A program made the position numbers and the translations under genes. From Perkinsus chesapeaki ATCC PRA-425 (lineage: Eukaryota; Protista; Perkinsozoa): DNA of 64,000 nt. How positions within the stretch are numbered: the first letter of the stretch is position 1; every line of letters begins with the position of its first letter. The stretch is taken from assembly GCA_013115145.1 (NCBI GenBank), contig JAAPAO010000010.1:87611-151610 (forward strand). The letters are read 5' to 3'. Shown one piece after another: positions 13,994-24,791 of the stretch. The notes under the pieces were generated by a model that was not told the origin of the DNA, ran no database searches, and was given only the letters and a program-made list of their open reading frames with translations.

Positions 13994-14746
13994 TCACACT
14001 CTGTGATGTGACGCCCTCTCGAGCCTCGGGAATTCATGGAAGGCCAAAGAGTTACAGATAAAGCAAGGATGGAGAAGTGCTCCTAGCCTCGTTGAATCTA
14101 AGCCACTCACGTAGTCATCAAGGACTGTCATCATTCTCGGATCTTCTCTAACCTTGATAACCTCAGGATTTTCCAGGACCCTAGTCCAATGTGGAGTCGC
14201 TGGATCCCCCAGGGCTACACCAAAGATAGCTTCACTGAAGAACTCTCCGACCATATCTCTGATAGATGCATTAAAGTTGCCATTTTGCCAGCCTCCTTCC
14301 CTAAGGTCCCATCCATTCTCTCTAAGGGCGCACAATGCCTCGTCGAAGCCCTTCAGAACGGCTCTTTCGCTTTGTTTCATCCAATGCTTCTCACCAGTAG
14401 TATCGAATCGTCTCAAGGTGCTATTTGTCACCAAAAGCCTCTGACCATCACCACAATGGAGAAACAGGTGGTAATGCTGGTTAGCCTCGTGCCTCGTGGC
14501 TGTTGCTTGGACGATGCCCTCGAAGCTTAGAAGCTCATCAACCCAGCGATGATTTGCGACAAACACCTTCCAATCGAAGGAGCGCCCATCGCCTAGGCTC
14601 ACTTCGTTATCGAAGGGTATATCAGATGCTTTCGAACCGTTTGTTAGGATGCGCACTGCTTTACAGCACTGCTCCCAGCTGGGCACCATGTAGGGGTCCG
14701 TGATGAACTGACGATAGTTGTCCTTACTTACAACGCTCACTGGCAT
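13994..14746 (-). CDS. Hypothetical protein or first large exon of the downstream gene
   Basis: 250-codon ATG-initiated ORF with globular composition. No recognised motif. Confidence 0.45.
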   Translation of the reverse strand: MPVSVVSKDNYRQFITDPYMVPSWEQCCKAVRILTNGSKASDIPFDNEVSLGDGRSFDWKVFVANHRWVDELLSFEGIVQATATRHEANQHYHLFLHCGDGQRLLVTNSTLRRFDTTGEKHWMKQSERAVLKGFDEALCALRENGWDLREGGWQNGNFNASIRDMVGEFFSEAIFGVALGDPATPHWTRVLENPEVIKVREDPRMMTVLDDYVSGLDSTRLGALLHPCFICNSLAFHEFPRLERASHHRV

Positions 14747-15263
14747 TATTTGAATAATAAAACTAACGATTAGTTGTAGTATAATTGCCTTCTTCAGCAG
14801 ATTTCGATAAAGTTCCCTCAGCGATCACAAACGGTGTGCTTAAAAACAAGTCTGCCGAAAGTCAACCACAATATCTTAAAATTCCGAGGGGGACTTTACG
14901 GGAATTTCCCCAAAAAGCAAATCCAAATTATTGCACGAACTCCTTCACTTTAATGTCGGATTTACGCTTGCAATCACCATCAACATCGCCATCTCAATAT
15001 CACTTCACATTAATAATATCGTAGAGCTTTGCAGCGACATTCCTGATGCTAAATACGAAGTCCTCGTCCTTCTACGGCGGCGGCCGATGGCTTAGAACTA
15101 CTCCAATGGAGACACTAGACTAATATGTTGCGATGTGTGAAACAAGCAGCCCTCGAATGGTAGTGGAGATTCCACACTGTGGAACTGTAACAAACAACAA
15201 ATGTAAAGTAAGAAAATATGAGACACGTCTAGTGATGAGAATTCATGAGCAGGCGGTCATGCT

Positions 15264-18200
15264 TCAAGATATCTTTTCCTCTTTCTTCTGCTTACGACTT
15301 GAAGAGGTATATAAAAGAGTGCCGGACAACACCAATGTGACACCTGTGAGCTTTCCAGGAGTTAGAGCTTCGTCGAACAAATACGCACATAGGACCATCT
15401 GTACCTACGACAACTACTAGGCGAAAGAAGATCAAATATAGCAGTGACATACCACAGGTGGCCGGAGACGGGGCTGGAATGGGATTTATTGCACTAAAAT
15501 TTTTACGACGGATTTGAGTTCTCCAATGTTCTAGGATCTTAAAACTGTATAGCTTAACGTCTGGGGTGACTGCGAAGAAAAAATACAGCACGTCTAAAAT
15601 TTGCGCACTTTTTGCGCGCAAAATGGGGGTCGCAGGCACGAATCCCACCCAGGACATTTTTAAAAACTCACAATCTCAGTAGCCAAAAGACTCCATGGCT
15701 GACATATATGATATTATAGAGCCATATCAAGTACCCAGAAAAATCACCAGAGCAGGACCGAGAAAAAAACTCGACCTGTCGGCTGTAGCATGAATCGTGT
15801 AATAAATAGGTGAGCACCGCCTATGTAATCCGTGCTAGCTCCAACTTGGGAGTGGTGCAACCTCCAAACAGTCTCTCTTTCCTCGCGCTCAACACCCTCG
15901 TTTCCTATTACATCCAATAATGTTTCTGAAGATCCCGGAAAAAATTGTGAAGACGGCTGATCCTCACCATATTGACAACCTTTACCGTGTTTGCCGCTTC
16001 TGCCATAAGCGAGTGACGTCATCGAGGGGTAAACCTGTCGGCTCCCCAGGCAAGAAGACCTGCGACAGGGCTAGCCGTTTTTATAATATCGACTTTAAGC
16101 GCGAGATCACAACCACACTACTACCCAAGATCCTATGCAAGGGTTGCACCCGACGCCTTACCCGGTTTGATTCGCAACCTGATACATACGAAGCATGGAA
16201 CAGGGACGAAAGATGCTTCGTTGATGCTCTGGCTTTCGATGCTGACGGAGTGGCTACTCGTAGTAAAGCATGTACACAAGGAACTCCTTGTAAGGTTTGT
16301 CAGATTGTCTCCAATCGTGAGTCGAACCAGTTGCAGGCAAAGCGCTCGGATGCTCGAAAGCCAGGCAGGCCACTGGAGCAGTCTCCACCAAAACCTATAT
16401 GCAAGAAGTGTGGTCTAGATTGGTTCGACCACGATAGTGTGACCTGCAGGCGAGTTATGAAGAGACCTGCTCATGCTGCTTTGGCGGGACGCCTATTCGG
16501 TGAACGAGTGGCGGCTAGAGGCTTTACTAAGCAGCTTGTGCAGGAGCACTTGCGTGACCAGTTCACTTCCGAAGCCGGTGGATTGAGCTGTTCTACAACG
16601 CCTCAGCGCTCTGGTGTGAAGCTCAACAGTCATGAGTATCTAGGTATCACTCCGGCTCGCTACGACAATTCCTCTCCTGGCTTGTACATTTCTACCGACT
16701 CTGCTAGAGACCTGCTAAGGCTAGGTCATCTCGGTCTCGGCAAGAACAGTGCCCGCCGGTTGTGCACTATTCTTGCCCGCGAGGGCATCTACTTTCCAAA
16801 TGGAGGTCTCGAGGCATGCAGAAGCGAGCAATGGGTGGTGTTTGGTCGTATATTCCGCACCGAGGACCTTATCCTCGAAACTGACCGGCAAGCGGCTTCT
16901 TGCAAGGCTTGCAATGCAAGCACCCCTGTCCTTTCTGCTTGTGGTCTAAGGGCACTCGGTGTACTGGGCAGCCTCCGAATGGCAGAACGTGGGCCCTCCA
17001 TCAACATCACCTTGCGGACCGTAAGTACAGTGTGGTGAACGAGCCAAGTGTACAGTGGGATGGTTCTCCCATGGAGGTCCTTTCATTGGCACCCTTGCAT
17101 CTGCTTTTGGGTATCACTAATAAGGTGTTCAAGGAGGTGTGTGATCTTGAGTCGGACAGCTCGCTTGCTAAAAAGCAGAAAGCTGCCTTGCTCAAATATG
17201 GTATTAAGCGTTCGGCTTACTTCCAGGGTGATCTTCAAGGCAACGAATGTGCACGCCTTCTAGACGCCGTTGCTAATAATAAGGTCCCTTTCCTGCGTGG
17301 GAAACAGCTGAGGTTGAAGGTGAAATGCTTGCAAAGCTTGAAGGTTGTCAAGGACAAGTGCTTGGGTCTGGTGAGAGTCGATGGTTGGGATCGGGCTATT
17401 CATGACTTCCGGGAAGCATGGGAAGCGAGCGACTTATCCTGGACACTGAAGGTTCACATACTGTGCGACCATGGCATTGAGTACCTACGGGATTTCGAGA
17501 GCGACAATGCTGCTGGCTTGGGGCTATCTTCCGAGCAGTCCGGCGAGTCATTGCATGCCAGGCTCCAGCGGATCTGGGATATGAGATTTCGAGTAAACCC
17601 CGAGAACCCCCTCTTCGGCTCTCGCCTGACCGACTGCATGGTCGCCTACAACTGGAGCCTGCAGTGGGATGAAGGTGGACGACTGCGACGCTCAGGCCAG
17701 CAAACGTCCAGCAGCGACTGCAACACTACAAGCTGCAGCGGAGTTTCGGGTATGGAGCATCTTTCCGAGCTGTCCTAGCTCCTGTAATTTTTTTATAACA
17801 TCTCACAGTTGCTTCGTGATATGTAGTAGCCTCTGAGTTGTCAATAGACCCGGTTTTGGAGGACTTCTTAAAAATGTCCTGGGTGGGATTCGTGCCTGCG
17901 ACCCCCACTTTGCGCGCAAAAAGTGCGCAAATTTTAGACGTGCTGTATTTTTTCTTCGCAGTCACCCCAGACGTTAAGCTATACAGTTTTAAGATCCTAG
18001 AACATTAGAGAACTCAAATTGGTTGTAAAAATTTTAGTGCAATAAATCCCATTCCAGCCCCGTCTCCGGCCACCTGTGATACGGGACAACTGATTGGTAG
18101 GAAAAATATACAACTTCAGTTTTCAATGAAAACGCCTGCAACAAAGTTTATATAGGAATGTATACAACATTGCCAGTTCGCTCGAAATGCATCTATGCCA

Positions 18201-20590
18201 CACCACATGGAGTAGCATTAATGAGCAGAATGAAAGGAGGCATTGCTTCGGGTTTAGGATACTTACCCCTCCTCTAAGTGCTGACACAATGCTATAGGTA
18301 ACAGTTGATGTAAATGTTACTTGTAGTACAACAGCTAAGTTGAATAGAACAGCCAGTAGAGCTGAAAGAAGGCATTGAGAGACTGACAGCAGCAGCAGTA
18401 GCAGCATTGCTAGTTACTGATTAGAAAGACTCTTATCATATATGAAATGTCAAAGGCGAGGTTTACAAGGGACGATTCGGCGTCAATGTAGATGAACGGC
18501 AGGCCCAAGAGTGTATACCTGATAACACAGAAATCAGTTGAAAGCCACTTCACACTGTACAGGTCATCAGTGTAGTAGGGTTTACAAAATGATAGGACTG
18601 AAGAGTGATGTTAAGGTAGCTTTCGGGTTCCTTAAGTGGCTCAAACAACGTACCGAATCCCTCACCGAAGGGTCACAACTGCTAACAACGGCGAGCCGGC
18701 CTCAAAAAAGCCACCAACACTCCGTCGAAGCTGCTTTACTTACTGCCAACATCAACATTCTATGTACTCATATGCTACTGAAAGTATAATGTGCGATAGT
18801 GTAATAACAACCACCACCAGCATCTTGTCTATATAACTAATCTCGATCTATAACGTATCTCTACGATACAGTAGCGCGGTGGAAGAAGTACACAATGGCT
18901 CTACGATGCATTTCACAGTGCAGTAGATCATCATCCCGCAACTGAAGTGCGCGCCAACGATAACCTCGCCAAATTTCAGGCTAGCAGCTGTTGCAGCCAC
19001 CGTTTAACTCACGCAGCATTAGTAATAAACACTGTATCAAGAGGACTCAGGGGCTTTATATTGTCTTTTCCATCATTTCCTTTATTGACATCGGCTAACT
19101 TAATAACCAATGTGTGCACGGCAGTGACTAGCGAGGCCAGAAAACCCTGAAAATTGAGATAGGCCGATCTTGCAGCATAGATAGTGCCCGCCGCGGATGG
19201 AGCCCAGATGGACGTATGACTCATATAGGGGCAAAGAAAGTCGAAAAAAAGTAGTAAGAGGTTATATTTACATATCGCAACTCAAGCAACAATGGCTACT
19301 TCCGCGCGAAGATGACAACATAAAAGCCTTCCTGAAACTCCACGGGGAAGATGCATTCAGGGAGAGCTGATAATGCTGTATGAAAGGTGATGGCTCCCCG
19401 GAGGCTTACAAATAGCGCACCAGTCGCGGACACGCTGATCTTGTCGAACACAACAGTAGACATGAAGCCGGCTGTGACAAGTAGGCATCCTAGAATCTGA
19501 TAAAGGATGCGACACGGGCTGTTGGCCACGACATGACCGACTGGCAATCCTGCAGTTGTCTGGGAATGTTTTGGTAGAAAGAGCCAGGACAGGACCACCG
19601 ACATAGGAGTGTTCAGCGCACGCGCCACAACCTGACAGAAGTGCCAGCCGAGAGACAGGCGCTGCGCCTACTTGGAAGCTACTAGCATCAACCCGCATCA
19701 AGCATAACGAAGCGAAGACCAAGCTCATAGAGTTAACAATACAGAGGTCAAACGACTGATAGAGCAGCTGCTAAAGGCAGCCTCGAAGGGGATAGTATGG
19801 TACTTTAAACAGAGCCTTAACGAACACACTCGGCGATTGGGATACTGTGAGTCCCATTGGAATAGCTTTATCTGAGGAGGATACATTAACTGCTGTAACT
19901 GTGGTTAGAGCGTACTAGCTGTCAACAGGCAAATAACTGCCAATACTGATTGGAGCCATAAGGACAGGAATGGTACGGCCTGAAAGCTGCGAGCTGATAC
20001 ACCAAAGATGCCTTCTGCTGCTGGAGCAGTAAATGTAGAGCATGCGAGGAAATACCGTGAACGCATTACCAGAATTGACGTTATAACAGTGCGTGTTCAA
20101 CCAGGGAACGCATTAAATCACTGTTATTCATTGTGCGCCGCTCGTTCCCTTGTACATGCGTGCACAGCTAAATCCCCCTGCGAATGTAAGCTGAATAAGA
20201 AGAAGCCTTTGTAGACTCCCTTCTCGCCTTGTGTTCGTCTATATGAACGAGGAACAAGCAACAGCCACTAAATGTCCCCCCTGGAATCTATCTTCGGGTT
20301 CAAGGAACGTATTATCCATAATATCCACACCGCTACTAGGTGGATCTAAGTGGATCAGGACCAGACTTACATATAGGTCAAGGGTAAGCTTATTAGCAAC
20401 AACCATAAGGATGGCACAGGAGGCATAAAAGGAACTAACTCCGACCACTTTAACTTCTTCACCAAGTATACCAGCATTAGATGAACAAGCTAAACAACTT
20501 ATAACCATTCTGATCAAAGGGCATTTACTTACCGACTCCCGAAGGCTTTCGGAGCTCTTCTAATGTATTATCCGGATGTGATACTGTCAT
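15264..20590 (-). CDS. SLC35C1-like (GDP-fucose/nucleotide-sugar) transporter, multi-exon; last intron (15405-18266) contains the transposon
   Basis: Exons in the expected order: MTVSHPDN..., VKVVGVSSFYASCAILMVVANKLTLD, VPFLSLWLQSVLAVICL, SMSLVFASLCLMRVDASSFQV|ARALNTPMSVVLSWLFLP, ILGCLLVTAGF, GFLASLVTAVHTLVIK, ALLAVLFNLAVVLQVTFTSTVTYSIVSALRGG|VQMVLCAYLFDEALTPGKLTGVTLVLSGTLLYT...*. This matches the SLC35/TPT ten-helix layout. Confidence 0.8.
15453..15663 (+). repeat. Left terminal inverted repeat (211 bp)
   Basis: Reverse complement of 17868-18078, with 5 mismatches by manual alignment. Confidence 0.95.
15920..17778 (+). pseudogene. Transposase split over two overlapping frames (15920-17038 and 16900-17778), probably internally deleted
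   Basis: The N-part has a Cys/His module (HHIDNLYRVCRFC, LLPKILCKGC, PCKVC, ICKKC). The C-part has GLQCKHPCPFC, APLHLLLG, GDLQGNEC, TLKVHILCDH and GLSSEQSGESLH, typical of Chapaev/Transib/RAG1-type RNase H folds. Confidence 0.8.
17868..18078 (-). repeat. Right terminal inverted repeat (211 bp)
   Basis: Matches the left TIR and is followed directly by the ATAC duplication. Confidence 0.95.
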
Positions 20591-20699
20591 TAAAATGGAC
20601 TGCAGTTAAGAGTTCTACAACACTATGCGGCTTCCAAGGCCTCCTAGGATATTAAACTGTAGAAGATGTAAGAGTGTCCCATTACACATCTACTTCCCT

Positions 20700-21170
20700 T
20701 ATCAGTTAACAACCAGCACTAACGGTGGTACTGACTGGCAGTGTTGAGGGGTATTTTACAGTGTACTGTGGAGTATACGCTAAATCTCTGTAACTAATTT
20801 CGCTATCTTTTTAACTATGATATCCGGCAGGAACATTAGTCTCATTTTCACCTGGTATTGATGAATGTACTTTGTTGGATACGAGCCGGCATGTCTGCTC
20901 ATATGGTATCTCATAATAAACCATCCCTTCTTATTCAACCCTTATCTTTGACATAACTAACTCAACTCCTCTAACCACTTCGAAAGCTCTGAAATATCCT
21001 GCCGTAGTAGTAGCATCATCACCTTCTTGTAGCTGGTATACCCAATGGCTCCATCATACCGGCCTTCCTTAAAGCCCAGGGGATGAAACGGACAGATACT
21101 AGAAACACTGATGCCACTCTAAAAAGAATAACAACATATACACATCTTCTACGAGCCAGTGACATCGTGG
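20700..21170 (-). CDS. Possible small multi-exon hypothetical protein; boundaries approximate
   Basis: Short open frames with intron-like spacers (for example VRFIPWALRKAGMMEPLG and GMVYYEIPYEQTCRLV). Not identified. Confidence 0.2.
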
Positions 21171-21517
21171 CGACCACAGAGATACACAATCGGCAACAGC
21201 AGGAGAAGGCAAACATACATAAAAAGACGAAAGCCGATGAATGGAGACTAAGTAGGTGAGTAACAAACAACAATATAATACTATATGGTTCTATATATCA
21301 TACACTACTATTATCAAATGTAGAGGTTGATATTCACAATATTATATTCAATAACAAACTGCCAATTCATTTATGTAATACACGTCCTATATAAAATAAA
21401 TAGTATAAACGTGTGAGAGAAGTCTAATAAGCACTATTATGGATAACAGGCATCCCAACATAAGTTACACCGTATTAGCTGCTGCCTACTGAACCCTACG
21501 TAGCTTTACCAACTATC

Positions 21518-24375
21518 TTACTGTATTTTGTAAATAAATTCCTTCTTGGCATAATCCTCAGGTTTGGCTACTCCACCACCACCACCTGTACCAGCTGCTG
21601 CACCGCTTCGCTTAAGATTCCACATAGTATGAGGGACAATACGATAACAAACTGAGGGACAACAACAGACATTTCGAAAGAAGTCAACACAAAGCGAACC
21701 ACCGAGGAAACCCCTCACAATAAGCCATGCGTCTTCAGCTGCTGGTTACAATGATGATGATGCTGCAATAGGATGGCCACCCACCTCCACCTCTACCAAT
21801 GACCACTAGCAATAATACCATTTATTAATTATTCAGTAGTAGTAAAGCTATGTACAAAATATGTAACTATGATGCTGCGAACTCTTCCCCTGAAAAAGAG
21901 CATTCCAGCCGATACACTTTATCTAACCGACCAAGGCCCTCTGCCACGGGTGGCAGCATCTCCTTAGTCCGACGAGATTCCATCTTCTTCCTATTTCGAA
22001 CCTCCTCCAGTTCCTCCTGTAAGTTACCTATCTTCTGCTCTATCAACATAACCTAAGTACACTATAGTGACAGCTTAGGATAAATACATTGATTAAGGCT
22101 TTAACATTATCCGGAATAACGAAGCCTCGAATAGCAAATGCTATCCAAATGCCCACCTATTCCACCCCTCAAACATATCGGTGGCCAGCGAGTAGATCCA
22201 CTCCACAGCGGCACAAGATTTATGTTCAAATGACAAAGGCGACCATAAATTTACATTAGTGTAAGAGTGGACTACCAGAATAGTAGCCTCGAAGAGAATA
22301 AACAGACCGTATATATAAACTGCATTCAACACTACTCTATGCCACCTACTACTATCAACCACCACACCGCCTATATCTATTACACCACCACGAGCAGCCC
22401 CTAGCTCCTCCTCCTCTTTACTACTACTACCTGATGCTTGAGCTCAAACAATGCTGTTATCATAGTATCCCTCTTCTTAGGGTCCCATCCAATAGATCCC
22501 TTCTCTTGTGTTTTGGTCGAATCTATGGAAACCATTCAACCCACCAGCATCAGCAGTGCTACCACTGCCACTGTTCTCCGCCTGCTGTAGGATATCCTCG
22601 TACTTCGATTTCATGTCCACAAAAGCCTCCTCGTCCCCGCCTAACCAACCAATATCTTCTAAAATACCACAACCTCCCTCTAACCTTTATCAGGATGCAG
22701 CTCCCTTGACTTCTCCTTATATGCCTTTTTCAGCTCAGCAATGTCACAGTTCTCATCCAGCCCAAAGAAAGCAAAGGCGCTCAAGCCTATCAAATCTCCT
22801 CTACCATCTCCTTGATAGACTCGCCATCACCTTTAGCTTCTTTGATTTCCCTTTCAACATCCTCTAAATGCCTTCCTTTCTGCCTCACATGAGATGCTAC
22901 CACTTCCAATACATTCCTTAACCCAACATCTGTAAGGTCCGTCGTCCACCTATATCCACTTATACCTTATGAATAACAAGCAGCCTCTTCTTCAAGTACC
23001 TCTCAACCTCATCCTTCCCACTGCTTAACAGCCACTTCAACGCTATACTAATAGGCACTTCCATGTTACTACTATTCTTAGGGGCATCCTTCACAGGTGA
23101 TATAACTAGGCTACCGCCGCTACCCTCATCATCCTTGTCACCATCATCAGTGACATCACCGTCCATCACTACCTGACCAACGGTTATATGACTATTGATA
23201 TTTGAAACGAATGTCAACATATCACAACAAATCTACTAGGAAATACCACCACTAAGGTACCTTATATACGCTAATACATATCAAAATCCATTTCATCGTA
23301 CCCCTTACTTCATCATCATCCTCCTCATCCTCCAAAGGTTCCCCATCCACGCCCTCCTCCTCCTCTTTAATAGGATCACCACTACTTACACCTTCACACC
23401 TCGTACCATTACTACTATAATCAGATACTCCCTCAATACGGGTAGGTGAACTGCTACTACCGTTACCCCTACTATCATCCTTAACAGGAAGAGGAGGAGG
23501 AGGAGGTGAGCAGCACCCAGCGCCAACACCCGGGACAACCTGGCCCACACTGCTCATGACCCTGACCGACGCAGACGTGTTAAGGCCACCACCGCTCAAG
23601 CCAGCGGCGGGGGCTTCAGTCGGTCTAGGCAAGCTGTAGGCTGGCAGGCCGCTGTAGAGGGTCTTGCTATCATAATAACTCTTACTCGTAGGGGATGGTC
23701 GTGATGCCTAATAAAAATTACCTTTCATACCGACTTTCCCACAAGCACTACAAGATTGACACTAGAGGCGCTGCTGCCGAGCCCCACTGGACGGGTCTGT
23801 ACACCAGTGCTGGCTATGTAACCCAGACAATCACGGCCAGGCAATACTGGTGATACTGGAGGGAAGTTACTAAGTCATCCCATCAGCATCAACCACCAAG
23901 TGAGACCTACCTAATAGAGCTGCCCATCACAGTGAAAGCTGTACTAGCAGCCCCAGGCATTTGGGGCCAATTGGTGCCTCGTGTAGGCGACTGGGATCTA
24001 TAAGTACCCGAAGAAGCCATCGTATGTAATACTGCTGTTGCTGCTTTTGGGGTATAAACGTTACTATACAATAGGCTATATCACTAAAGCTCTCCCTACC
24101 TACTTCGGTGCTCCACTAGAAGGGCTTGGCGAACTCTTAACAACAGTTCTAATAACTCTCCGAACGACAGGAGGAGCAGGATTCCCGACACTGCCCGATG
24201 CTCTACAATGGACGCCGCCAACATACAGCCCTTAACCGCGGCTTACCTGCTCGCTGTGGTGTCGCTAGTGGCACGAACAGTACTAGTCCTCAATGGCGAC
24301 ACCGATCGACCACCAAATACTGTGGCCGCTGGGATACCAGCCTCACCGGTGAAGCTTCTGGCCTACCATGAATGA
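21518..24375 (-). CDS. Hypothetical multi-exon protein with Ser/Pro-rich and coiled-coil segments; boundaries approximate
   Basis: A chain of minus-strand ORFs (23252-23632, 22960-23220, 21867-22049) with acidic, low-complexity and heptad-rich (LQEELEEVRNRKK) content. Confidence 0.4.
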
Positions 24376-24791
24376 TAGAAGAGTAGATGAGAGAGCGGTA
24401 TGGCACTTGTTGGGTGCTCCAGCTCGTCAAGTCTTGAACCATTAACAATCAGAATAAAAAAAATCGATTACTAGGGCGGGCGCTAATTTAAAAAGTTATA
24501 CACCAGTGCATTTGGTAAAGAGGATTGGTTCCTTAATGGAGAGAATGCTAGTCCTAACAGAATAGATATAGGCTGGAACAGAACAGGTAGAAAACCAAAG
24601 CCAAAGACCCAGCGAAGCCGAAAGGTCCCTGGTTCGAACCCCACACCCTCCATTTTTAAACTCCACGCTGTGTCTATTGTATATCATGTTGACGTGTGGA
24701 CAGTAGTAGTAGTTGCTGATGATGATGCTGCTGCTTCACTTGACGTTAATTTTACACAGTGATGGTATGGGAATGAATAATGTTAGAGATG

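Larger units (their letters stand above)
15453..18078 (+). mobile_element. Chapaev-type (CMC superfamily) cut-and-paste DNA transposon, 2626 bp
   Basis: 211-bp terminal inverted repeats starting CACAGGTGGCC and ending GGCCACCTGTG, 4-bp target-site duplication ATAC (15449-15452 and 18079-18082), and internal transposase frames. Confidence 0.9.

Noticed and set aside
15453-15510. True RSS-like 12/23 architecture in the TIRs
   Set aside because: The ends are symmetric. CACAGGT only partly matches CACAGTG, and no ACAAAAACC-like nonamer lies at 12 or 23 bp spacing.
16885-17038. Programmed -1 frameshift joining the two transposase frames
   Set aside because: No slippery heptamer is visible, and the joined product would still lack the expected catalytic segments. 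Deletion is the simpler explanation.
17726-17965. ORFs 17726-17965 and 15292-15657 with shared peptide text
   Set aside because: They simply read through the TIRs and are not independent genes.
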